A DNA stretch of 64,000 nt from the NCBI RefSeq assembly GCF_000315625.1, contig NW_005434632.1, positions 394,909-458,908 of the forward strand. The letters are read 5' to 3'. Position numbers and translations under genes: made by a program. The notes under the pieces are model-generated. The model did no database searches and had not been told where the DNA came from. It saw only the letters and a list, made by a program, of their open reading frames with translations. Numbering within the stretch: position 1 is the stretch's first letter; every line of letters starts with the position of its first letter. This DNA comes from Guillardia theta CCMP2712 (taxonomy: Eukaryota; Protista; Cryptophyta). Of this stretch, positions 1 through 12,000 are shown one piece after another.

Positions 1-525
1 CGCTCTCACTGGCACAATCGTGAAGTAATCTACTGGCAGGCATGCGAGAAGAAACAAAGAGAGCAATGGAGGACGAGACGAAGAGGAAGGCCTTCATGAA
101 AGAAGCCTATCGTGAGGGTTACGAGCTGATTGACAATGTGAGGAGAATATGATCTTAAAGATCCGTTGATGCCTGACGCTTCCTAATCGTTCTCTTCCTT
201 TTGCCTGCCTCTTCCCCTCATGCTCTTCCTCACTTCGTTCTCCCCCACCTCCGCGTTTTTCTTCTTTCCCTCCTCCTTGCTCCTCGTGGCAATCAAAACC
301 GGATTCCTCCTTCTCCTGCTGCTTCAGGGCGAGGTGGACGCGATGGACTGGCGAAAGATCTTGGACCAAGCCAAGGAAAAGCAGGTGAGAAGGTCTTACT
401 ACCGTCCCCCTCCCCCTCCTCCCTTGTTTTCCTCCTTCCCCCTACTCCACCCACTTTCGCCTTTCTTCGTACTTGGCCTCCCGCCTCAATTTCTGGACCT
501 TGCCCTTGTTCCAAGTGGGGTGTGA
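1..525 (+). CDS. 3' end of a spliced hypothetical gene (truncated by window start)
   Basis: Exon-like segment cag|GEVDAMDWRKILDQAKEKQ|gtgag at ~328-384, then a pyrimidine-rich intron and a short terminal frame ending at 525. No family recognised. Confidence 0.3.
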
Positions 526-559
526 TACGAGAGGATGATGATGATGATGATCATGATGA

Positions 560-3500
560 TGATGATGATGAGGAGGAGGAGGCAGTGGATCGAAGGAGGG
601 GCAAGAGGTCACGTATCGTCCTGATCAGGTTGCGGCTCGAGATCCGCTCCAGCAGCTGGGAATCCGAAGGTCTTACTAATGAAATGTTGAAGCAAACCCT
701 CCTCCTCCTCCTCCTCCTCTCTCCTCTCCTCTCCCCTCCCCTTCATTTCCTGTCATCCCCTCCCATGCATTTCCTTTCCCCCTCCCCCTCCCCTTCACTT
801 CTTCTCCACCCTTCCCTTTCCTTTCCTTTCCTCCATCCCTTCCTGCCCCTCCAAGGGAGTCGTCAATCGTTTTTGCACGCTTCATCTTATCCCTCAGAAG
901 AACCTCCCTGCCAGCCTTCCCCTTCCCCTTCCCCTTCCCCTTCCCCTTCCTTTCCTCCTCCTCCCCTTCCCCCTCCCTGCCATCCCGAATCTTCTTCATC
1001 CTCGCCATCCAGTCTGGCTGCTTCCTCATACTCGTCTCTGGTGAAGTAGCTTATCCTCGGAATGATGAGCCCTTTCATTTCGGGCACGTCTCCGTTCATC
1101 TCCCCGTGATGCATTAGACAACGAGGAGGAGAAAGTAAGTGGAAGGTCCGAGGGATCATGACGAGGACGAGGAGGAGGAGGAGGTGGAGGAGNNNNNNNN
1201 NNNNNNNNNNNNNNNNNNNNNNNNNNNNNNNNNNNNNNNNNNNNNNNNNNNNNNNNNNNNNNNNNNNNNNNNNNNNNNNNNNNNNNNNNNNNNNNNNNNN
1301 NNNNNNNNNNNNNNNNNNNNNNNNNNNNNNNNNNNNNNNNNNNNNNNNNNNNNNNNNNNNNNNNNNNNNNNNNNNNNNNNNNNNNNNNNNNNNNNNNNNN
1401 NNNNNNNNNNNNNNNNNNNNNNNNNNNNNNNNNNNNNNNNNNNNNNNNNNNNNNNNNNNNNNNNNNNNNNNNNNNNNNNNNNNNNNNNNNNNNNNNNNNN
1501 NNNNNNNNNNNNNNNNNNNNNNNNNNNNNNNNNNNNNNNNNNNNNNNNNNNNNNNNNNNNNNNNNNNNNNNNNNNNNNCACTCCACGCCTACTTCCCCTC
1601 CCCTCCCTCCCCTCCCTCCCCTCTCCCCCGCTCTCTCTCTGTCACGTCCTGCAACCTCTTCTCTCCCTCACCCGAACCATCACCAGCCCTGCTCTTCCTG
1701 TCACCTTGTACGGCGGGCGAGCTCCAATGAGCATGACCTCCTCCTCAAACTCCACCTCCTCCCACGTCTGCTTTTCAGGCCTCCTTTCCGAGAACCAGAG
1801 GCTGTCCCTCCCGAACTGCGAGAGGAGGATAAGAACTTATCGCCGAGTCCCGCCGGGTGGCCACCTGATTCAGAGCAATCGTGCAGTTTTTCAGCTTCAG
1901 CCTGGACCTGAGCTCACCCAAAACTTGGTCAGGATCGAGAGTGTGACAAGACTTGGCACATCACTTGTGTTCATCCCAGACAGGATCCGGCGCCATGTAC
2001 TCGCAGCAGTTGTGGGTCTCGGGACCGTTGTACTGGCATCCCATGACTTCCACTGCATACCCAACGAGTTAGTGGTGAGAGCCGTTGGGCTAGCAAGGAG
2101 GATCACAGTCTTCCATCAAATACTCGAGCTCTCCTGTCATGTCAAGCGGCATGTGAGAGGCATTCAAATTCAAGTCCTCCTCGGAGGGAGAGGGTCCGTA
2201 GAGGAAGGTGGAGGCCTGCTCTGAAGTCTCAAGTCCTCGTCGCCTCAACTACACCTCCATCGTTCTCCATGTTTTCCCCTCAACCATCGACTATCATGAT
2301 GATGATGATGATGATAATAGTGATGTTGATGTTGATGTTGATGTTGGCGGTGATGTTGGTGGTGGTGATGATGATCCAATGTCATCGTCATCATCGTCAT
2401 AATTGTCATCATCTTCATCTCTATCATCCTCTTCATCATCATTCTTTACCCCGCAAAGTCCGATCCTCGAGCTTTCAATCTGTATCGATCCCGCGTGCAG
2501 CAACTGCACCGCAATCTCCACAGAGTGTACCGTCGACCTGGTGACCAAAGTGAAAACTTCTCACCGACTTTTCCCGTCCTGGGACCTCTGCATCGAACAA
2601 GTAGCACCATTCCAGATCGAAATGGCCGCTGTGACTGCATGCTTTCCGGCGTGATGCAAGCTGCAACCTGACAAAGACATGCTGCTGTTGGTCTTGGCTC
2701 GGATGAGCCGCTGGGCTTGTCGAGAATGCTTCCCGTCTCCGCTAACATCGCAATCCTACCATCGCAGCTCAGACCCGCACGGGCTGAAAGTCTTCTACCT
2801 CGAACACAACCTTGGCAGAGTAGTCCGTTTGGACAACTCCACCATGCGCACACCGAAGGTTGCACTGTGCAAACTTCCACGAGCCCCACACCTGAGGTGA
2901 AGAACAGCAGGAAGAGGAGGAAAAGAGGGTGGAGACGAGGAGAGGAAGAGAAGAGGAGACAAGGAGCAGAGGAGAAGAATAGAGGAGCGAAAATTAGGGA
3001 AAGATTCTTACAATCTTTCAAGCACAAGTCTGACAGCACCCACCTCGAATGTGAAGTACATGAACGCAGGAGCTTCACTGAGCAAAGTCACTCCCCTGAT
3101 TGAACCCCACGTCTCCTTGCGAAGGTGCCACCTCCCCCACAGTACCGTCAGGCTCTTGTTGTAGCCCCACAACCTGGGAGGTAAGACGTATCAGACTAAC
3201 AAAAGCATAGCTTGGCACAGCGGAGCTCACTCGTGCGAGCAAGTTCGAGGCACGAAAACCGTATCCTCCTGATTCCACGTCTTCGTGATCTCCGCCTCTT
3301 TCATGAACTCCTGATTGTCGTCTTGGAACCTACTCAGCACCGACCCGTAGGGTTCCCTCCGCTGCCACTTGTAGATGCCGAACCCGATGTCGAACTTTGT
3401 TCCTGTCTTGCTCTTGTGGATCAAGGCCTTGAACTTGTCACCGTCCAAGTACATGTCTTCCGTCCCGTTCACGATTTTTGTCACACTCGTCGCGTTCGTT

Positions 3501-4730
3501 GCATTCATCAGCTTCATGTACCTCATCCTCCTCACTTTCTGGAGCCCGTCCAGGACCTGTCGAGCTCCTGTATAGTTTTCCATGAACTCTATCCCCTCCG
3601 CATGAAACAACTGCTTCTCTGTCTCATTCGGCACCAACTGCCTGTACCTTCGAGGGGGAGGAACTTTGTGAGGTTGCACAACCCGGTACATCCCCGTTTG
3701 CCGTGCCCGATGATCTTGCAGCTGCCCTCTACCATGCCGGGAGCTCCTGGATACCCAAACACAAGGGCAGGAGGAGGCAGACATGACGTGTCGGGCACAG
3801 GAGCGCTGAAGATGGTACACTTGATGTTCTCAGCTGAGAAGCTTGCGAAGGGGTAGACCTGATCGCAGGGTCAAGGCAGCACAGGGGCAGGAAGCTGCAT
3901 AGTTAGATCGACCTCGTCGGGCAGGTCGTAGAAAGGAGTTCCGAGGTACTTCCCATTCAAGAAGATGGATGCAGAATGATTTTCCGGGTCAACCAGGATC
4001 CCAACCTGCTCACTCAGTGTAACGTGGAGAGCGCAGGAGAAAGCAATGGCTTCACCCGATCCTGGCATCCAAAGCTAGCATCCTGCGCCCATCGTTCTTG
4101 CCTCCTGTAAGGATCTGAGATCCACCCATAGCTCTCCATCTCGCTATCATGCAAGGCCCAAGTGTGGTTCTGTCTACTGTCCTCCCACCACAGACCGTCG
4201 AAGGTATCGACATGTTTGCTGACCAGCCCGACAGCATTGGATCCCTCCTCTAGAATTTCGCCTTTCTTGATGTGCTCCTGTTCAAACGACACCTCGAAGT
4301 AGCTGCGGCGAGGAGGGAGCGGATTGTCTGTGCGAACGCTCCAGGCAGTTTCTGGTGCCCCGTCATACATGTAGAAGTTTGGAATTTCTCCGTGAAAAGC
4401 AGATTTCCCTTCATCTTGTATCACTAACTGGTCAGATTTGTACCTCTGAGACCATCGAAGCGTCTCCTGCATCTCCTCTGTAACTCTACCAAGACCCTTC
4501 CCTCCTCTGAGGTTCAGAGACCTATGCTGTGATAGCCGGTATTGCTCAGAGCCGGCGAGCTTCATCAGCCGTGGGACCATGGATCCTTGCGGCCTGCATA
4601 GATCGCTCCCATCGGACAGCATGGATGTCACCCCCATCTCTATCAGGAGCCGCAGAGCCATGTGCGCTGCCGTCCACCTTTCCCTTGCGCCCATTCCCCG
4701 ACAAAATGTTCCCTCATCCCCCCTCATCCC
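560..4730 (-). CDS. Multi-exon SPRY/B30.2-domain protein (possibly more than one gene; spans an N-gap)
   Basis: Spliced ORFs give WSVRTDNPLPPRRSYFEVSF..NAVGLVSK..TWALHD..FGCQDR|VGILVDPENHSASIFLNGKYLGTPFYDLP..VYPFASF, which is the SPRY pattern (YFEV, G-D-x-VG, FxxNG, YP). Further minus-strand exons lie at 3227-3700, 1700-2260 and 990-1115. Ends uncertain. Confidence 0.55.
1193..1578. other. Assembly gap (N run)
   Basis: Run of n flanked by (gag)n and (ccct)n low-complexity sequence. Confidence 0.99.
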
Positions 4731-5720
4731 CGAAATGATTGAGGAGGGATGAGGGCAATCTCTGCCAAAATATACCATTCTACCAGGTAGGTAGGGGTCA
4801 TGACCACCCACCCGTGTTTGACACAGAACAACAGGGTAAGTGGTAGGGTCAGTATGCCCTACCAACATTTGGAGATGACAATCAATTCCAATGACCTCGA
4901 GTTCACTTTTTACCCCTGCAAGTTCAAGATCACCCTGCACATTTCAAAGTACCCCTTATTATCTAAGAATATCCATCGAAAAAAGGGGGTACTCAAGTCT
5001 ATCCGCTCCGTCGGACCCGTACCCTTTGTTGAATCACCCAAGGCTTTTGTACCCCTACCCTCCTCCCCCCCTGACGTTGTGCAGGGTCCTGCCGTGACCT
5101 GGCATCATGGCGAGAGCGTGCCAAAGAACTGAGGGGCGCGGATCATGGTGTGGGATGCGACGATCAGCGAAAATGTCCGTGGGCGAGGAGAAGACTGATA
5201 GAGGAGAGGGAGGAAGAAGAGAAGGACGAGTATCAAGGTTCGAAGAACATCGAAATTGAGGTCACGAGAGCCAGAGGCAATTTTCGTCTAGGCAGTAGAA
5301 ATAGGTGTAGTGGCGAGAATGTAGGGAGAAACAATATACAAGCAAGCTGTTCTGATCAAATTACATGATGATGTAAGAGGGATGTACGATGGTCACAGGA
5401 ACGGGGTAATCATGAGTTGAGTCAAGCGGGGTATAAGGAAATCAAGTGTGAAACTGAGGAGAGTGAGATCTAGAGCGAAGAAAAAAAGCAGAAGATTGTC
5501 GAAGGATGTGAAAATTGCCCAACCATTTGACTCAGCGAGCTGCATTGCATGAGATAGACATTGTGCGGCATCGAGCTAACCTGCATTCTTGATTAGGTTG
5601 CACAGGGGCAGGAAGTTGGACACAGTACCGTTGTGCGCTTCAACGGCCCCTTGCATGAGGAGAAAGCACCATTAGCTCACTGCGGATACAGAAGCATCTC
5701 TTCCAACTAGCAACTCAAAG

Positions 5721-7077
5721 ATGGCCTGCTTTGACGGGCAGCGCGCACGGGCCGTGGCGGCCATGATGCTTCTTTCCTTCGGGTTGGCAAGTGCCAACCG
5801 GTTCCAAGAGGCATGGGTGATGAACTGCGATCATACATTCCCTGATGGAACAAGGTGTTCCTGTTACTCTCCGCTTGGCACCTCGCTCTGCTGATCTGAT
5901 CACTCAGTTACGACCTCTCGCCTCTCACTCGCACAGCGGGAAGGCCAGATTATGTCGGAAAGGACAAGATGGGCAACCTTTACTACATAAACGGTGCGAC
6001 GGCATGCGACATCCCACTTGGTACTGAAACATGTTTCAGTGTGTTCTAATGTACAGGAGATTCCAAAGGAGTGCAGGATATTGCAGAAGGACATCCGGGC
6101 TCCCGTCTATCAAGTGATACTGCTACCCTCTTTCTAACGAATCTAACAGGATTACAGGTTCGAAATGATAGTTTTTGCCATTGGCTTGGCATGGAAAATA
6201 GCCATAGCTGGGAATACATTGAGAAGGGAAGTCCTTACGTTGGGGTCCAGTTGACATATAGCAATGGAGAGTATTGTCAGGTTGTTGTTTCTGATGGCCT
6301 TGTTACGTGGTTGTTTTGATTGATTGCCACAGGAAGGGATGAATAGACGAGTAAAGCTCCAAATGTATTGTGATCATCTGGGGAGATTGGGTTCAGTTGG
6401 TAAGTGTTTTCTCCTTCCGGAATTTCTCTTGCTGTTTGCAGCGCAACTCCCTTGAATTGCGGTGATATGGTTGTTCTCCAGGTGATTACTACGTGACTGT
6501 CGAGTCACCATGCACGTATGTTGTCACCTTTCCAACTCCCTATGGCTGTCCCAAGGTAAGAGATTTCTCTTCATTAGCTCTTCTCTCCCTTCTACCTCAA
6601 TGGCAAATCGCCTTTCGCTTTTGTCCATTTCACACTTCAATTTCCTTGACTCGACCCATTGACAAACATGTTAACAGCCTGCAACGATGAGCAAAGGAAC
6701 AGTTTTCATTATCTTGTGCGATTCAGTGCTCTACAACCTTAAGATTTTCTCACTCGCCTGCAAACAGATTCTTTACAGCACTTGGTGCATACCTTGGAGG
6801 AGGGCTACTGATTAATGTTACCAAGTGAGATGTCAAATGCTCTGTATTGCATGCAGGATCTTATTCTGATCTCTAGGTACCACATGCCTCTGAGCATTAA
6901 CTCGCTACCACACATCGAGTTTTGGAGAAATCTTCCTGAACTAATCAAGGTCAATGGAGGTTCGAGGTGGGTCTTTTGGACTTGTAATGGTGGAGACAGG
7001 ATGGCTTGTTGTTCGCCTATGACGCGATCATGGTGAAGTTGGGTTACAGAGAGCCGAGAGAGGCTGGGGGAAGGTGA
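5721..7077 (+). CDS. Mannose-6-phosphate receptor homology (CD-MPR/ATG27-like) type I membrane protein
   Basis: Signal peptide MACFDGQRARAVAAMMLLSFGLASA. Spliced MRH domain SYDLSPL..YYIN|VC..VQLTYSNGEYC..RVKLQMYCD..ESPCTYVVTFPTPYGCP. TM segment (..AYLGGGLLIN) and cytosolic LPHIEFWRNLPELIK|DG typical of the CD-MPR/ATG27 family. TGA at 7075-7077. Confidence 0.8.
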
Positions 7078-7274
7078 TTCAATTCCTGAACGCCTTCATA
7101 CGTTTTGACTAGCATGCTGCAGTTTTGAATGGTCAGGTTTATAACACGAGGGAACAAGACAGAGCTCGCTAACACATCCGAAAAACGATCTAAGAAAATT
7201 CAAGGAGACAATAAAACATATGGAAACTGACAAGTGCTATAGATTGTAACTTAACATTTTCATGTTACCCTCGA

Positions 7275-8594
7275 TCACCTTCGAATGGTATTTGCTATCA
7301 AAACAGGGCTACTTGAAAGGGAAATCATCGCTCGTAGTTTGTGAACTTTCGAAAATCGTCTTCGACGCAAAATCAATTCTTGCCAAATGTCTATCAAGCT
7401 CACCTTCGCATCGTGAAGTCTTCCCTTACCAAGACCAGGACATCTGCTCTCCGAATTCTTGTCAAAATTTGTGACAGACTGAAACGAAAACACGAACTCT
7501 TGTCCTGCCTCCTCCCAAGCTTCTTGATCTACAACGTTCTCTATCCAGAATGGCCACGTCCTGTTTCCCGTCATGACACACGAGAAATACACAATCGTCA
7601 CCTGCATTGCAGCGGGCGAGACTCGTAAAGCATGCAAACAGCTTTTCCAGGCATCTTCCTAGCTACATGCTTCAGGACTACCATGGTGAGAAAGGATACA
7701 CGACTTTCTGTCTAGAAAGATGCAGTCCCAGCCATGCTTCTTCGTCTTGACCTCTTGCAGCTGCAACAAGGACCATGAGAAGCGAGATTGGAAAACAAGA
7801 GCCTTCCTCCCAGCTCCCCGATCTTCCTTTCCTAGCGTAACTCTGAAGAAACTCCTGTACAACTATCAAGAAGCAAGCATAATCGCTCCTGCCACTCAGC
7901 ACCTTCACGTTGATGTTTAACTTGTTCGCCATTGACTCTGCTTCCTCCTCAGAGAACACAACGCTTCCCTTCTTCCTGCATGACAATAAACCCCCTCGAA
8001 CCCCCTCTCTTGCCAACAGACCCTGAGCAGCAGTTCCCGCACATGGTACAATGGAATCTAAGGCCCTCCTTGTACCACATTTCTTGGTACACCCCACCAT
8101 CGTTACTATCTTGTGGAAGACTCCCTGCAGACATTCTCCCTGACGTCCCAGCGCAGAAGCTTCGCTTCTTGAACCCTCGCGTCTGTGATAATCGCGCCCT
8201 TGCATCGGTACCTTGCCTACATATGGACCAGAACTTGAAGGATTCGTAGTGCATAGAAGGCGCATTGCTATTCATGACTGCTCTCAATTGGAAAGCAGGA
8301 CAGGAGGTTACCAACAGGGCTGAAAAGGTAGATTGTCAGCTCCCAAGGCTCGCTACCTTGGCCCCAACTTCCATGTCTGCTCATTAACTACTTGCTCCTG
8401 CCCCCTCACTGCTCCTTCCTCTCCATGTGCCTCAAAGTCTCTTCTTCATCTCCTCCTCCTCCTCCTCCTCCTCCTCCTCCTCCTCATCCCTTACCTCCGG
8501 CAAGCATCGCGAGCGGCCTCATTGAAAGGAGTAACCACAGCAGCTGGCAGACCTGGACGGCGGTAGGGCCAGTTCTGGGGCCAGTTGGCGCCAT
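7275..8594 (-). CDS. YkgJ-family (CxxCxxCC) Fe-S/Zn-cluster protein, probably plastid-targeted
   Basis: WYKEGLRFHCTMCGNCCSG, DCIFLD, CMLYESRPLQCR|TWPFW and CPGLG motifs across exons. Hydrophobic leader followed by CPA-FQL. 3' end approximate. Confidence 0.8.
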
Positions 8595-9033
8595 GGAGGG
8601 CAAGGAATCGCGAGGTGTTTGGTTGGGTATGCGGGCGACGAGGAAGCAGGGATGGAGAGAGGGCAGGCAGAGATGCTGATGCTGATGCTGCTGCCCTGAT
8701 CCTCTTCAAGACAGACCTCGCTCTTGTCCTCGAGGGCAGGGGGCGTGCAAGTTTGTTGAACTGACTGAATGATTGTCGGGGAGAACTTGAGCTACGGTTA
8801 AGGTACATTGCTGCGAACCTTCCTGTGCATGTTTGCATACTGGAGTATCTGGCTTTCGTGATTACTGTCGTTTTCTTTTGCTGTCCTGCGTTTTCTTGTC
8901 AGTTCGTGCATTTTTCATCCTAACTCCTTGTTTTGCAGACATAGAATCGTTACAAAGGCATGCATCTGATTGAGTCCTCTGAAGTTTCTGGCGTGTTGAT
9001 GCTCATAGCGATCGAGTATACGAACTGAGCTCG

Positions 9034-12000
9034 ATGAAGTCGGACGCACTGAAACAGCAGGTTTCAACAGCTCTTGAAAGAATTGTTCACAACGATCCCG
9101 ATCTCGTGTTCGTGGATTTCTGCCATGACCCTGATGAAACGGAACATGATGGGTTGCAGGACGAGGACGTGCTGAAGCTGTTGCCTCCCATCGCCAAGAA
9201 CACATACCTGAGAGTGATATTGCTGTCAGGAAATTCACTCCTCACAGATGGGATTGTCAAAGAAATTGAAAAAGCCCTGAAAGAGAACAATACCCTCGAG
9301 AACATCGACCTGGAGTTCACAGGCGTGTCGATGTCAGCCCGAGAAAGAGTGTATTCTATTTTCTTCCAGAGAAACCTCCACGGATTACCTGCAAACTATG
9401 TCTCAAGTTTCCTTGGACCTCACCCAATTCACCATCTGAAGTTGTCTAACAGTCATCTGAAGAATTCGCATCTGCAGGCAGTTTGTGCATTTGTAGGAAG
9501 ACAGAAATATCATGTCAAGTTGGACTTGTCGGGGAATCGGCAAGTAGACGACGAAGGTATCAAGCACCTGGACGAAGTGATCAGAGTCCGCAAGAAAGTC
9601 ACACAGATCAACCTCAAGGGGACGAGCGTGAGCACGGAGACACAACGACACGTTCAGGAAATTGTGCAGGAAGTGCTGTGGAATATGCAAATGCACGTCA
9701 TTGAGAGCAATGACCCAAGGGTAAAATCTGTAGCGTTTCCTCCGATAGAAATCGGATTTGACAAGGTGAATCGACTTTGCCAAGGGCTCAGCAACAATAC
9801 GTCGCTGACAAGCCTGGACATGCGGCAATCCAAAATCAATGAATATGACCTTGAGCAGATCCTTACTACCATAGAAAGATGCAATCCAAAGGTAGTAGAA
9901 GTTATGATGAATGTGTCGAAGGCTTCCAATCATTTTCAAGAAAGCTACAAACAGCAGATCATCACGTTGACGACAAGGGCTTTGAAGCGAAAGAGCGATG
10001 TTCTGACAAAGCTTGACATGTCCTTCGTGAATCTGAGTGACCATGATGTTGTCAATCTTGCCATTTTTGTCAGAAAGCACTCGAGAGTGAAGCTTTGGAA
10101 CTTATCCAACAATCCTCAAGTCAGTGATATATGCTCAGATGCCCTTATAAAAGCATGTGACTTGCCCAGTCAACTAGATTCCATCCTTGTGGAAAAAACC
10201 AGCATTTCGAACGAGGTCAAGAAAAAGTTGAAAGAATGCATTCGAAGACAAAAGGTTGATGACTTGCGAGGATTTTTGAAGGAAGCAAAATTTGACGAAG
10301 AACAAATCAAAACTATTACAAATCAGAATGTAAATGGAGTTCAAATCCAAAGGTCTCAAAGTAAACAATCTCCCATGGCTGTTCTGAAATCATTTTGTAC
10401 TATGAATGCTTCCTATATGAGTGTATCGGAGCTCATGAACACTTTATCGTCAAACTTGCATCAAGCAGACATGGCCTTGTTCAAGATAGAAATTTTCTTT
10501 TCTACAGACAGCTCTATTTTTCCGCACGAACGAGCCAACATACGAAGACAAGTCTTGCTTCATAATATTACCGCAACACTGCTTGATTTTGAGAGGCGAA
10601 GGCAAAGTTGGGTTGATTTTACTGACCTGGGAATAGATGACGAAGGGTTTAAACTTATTGTCGAGCAATTTCATGCATTAACATCGCAGATACACGTGAC
10701 CTTAGATTTCTCTAATAATCCGTCATTGGGAACAACGTCTGAATACCAATTGTTGCGCCTTATCAATAACTCCGCCAGTATTGTGAATGTCAGACTGCAG
10801 AAGACTTCTTTCAGTCAAGACGTCCTGAACAGAATGCAGCACACCTTCAGGGAAAGATCTCAGAAGTCGTTGGACAGGTTTCTTGACGATCATTTCGATG
10901 ATAGTCAACCAGTCTCAATCAACTTTCTAGCCGGTCAGCACCTCAAGAGCGCGGACATTGTCAAACTCAGCAAAGTTTTGACGTCATGTCAAGTTTTGGA
11001 TCTGGATTTGAGCGACGCACCTGAGCTTGACGACAATGCTGCACGGGTGCTAGAGAGTTCAATTGACAAGTCCCTTGTCTTGAGTCAAATCAATCTCTCA
11101 AGGACCACCGTTTCTTCGAAATTATGTTCAGCAATCAAGCTGAGAATAGACAAAAAGTTCATTCAAGACCATTGCGAGTCACATCATTCATTCTTTCTCA
11201 ACACGAAGGAAATGGACCTCAGAGATAGAAATTTGAATGATGATGATTTCATGAAAATAGTTGAGTCTCTGCCTCAGAAACCGACCCTCGCATTTATAAA
11301 CCTCATGGAAAACATGCAAATTACTGATCAAAGTGTAAAACATGTTGAGAATTTCATCAAGAACAACTTTCGCAAAAGTCCTCTTTCGGTGAATTTCGAA
11401 GATACAGGAGTTTCAAATCCTGAAAACGCTAAGTTCAACAATGTTGCTGGTGCTGGAATGATCGAAATGTTGCAAAAAGCAGATCTTGGTAACAGCTTTG
11501 AAGATGCAATGTTCGGACTGGATCAAATACAAACGATGATGAAAAACTTGAATCGTGGCATCGAAAATCACATCAGAAACCTTTCTACTGCACTACCAAC
11601 AAGTCTTCATAAGATGTCTGACCAATTCAGCAAAGATGATTTCTCGACATCGTTCCAGATGCCGCAGGGCATGAATGAGAAAATTTTGAAGCCCAAGAAA
11701 CGTGAAAGAAGATCTGGACAGGTTGGAATGAGATTGAAATTCGATCATCCCGCCATGTTGAGCTCTGACGCGCTGACTACGACTCTTGGATGTCCACGAG
11801 GGATGTTAGAGACCATCACAGTGAGTGACCAGATTGTGGATATTCTCATCTCCACGCAACACGGACTTGAGCAGGATCTCAGCGTGGATGGATTGACGCA
11901 GCAACTATTTTCGATGTGCGATGACTCGCGCAGTGAGTTGTGCATCCGGTACAACCGAGGGAAGGAAATCCTCTGCATCTATCCGTGGGCTGTCAATTCC

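Noticed and set aside
201-1730. Long Pro/Ser-rich and X-containing ORFs
   Set aside because: Artefacts of low-complexity introns, antisense frames and the N-gap.
5107-5680. Possible small gene ending ~45 bp before the MRH gene (second bicistron candidate)
   Set aside because: The exon chain is ambiguous and has no homology, so it cannot be supported without transcripts.
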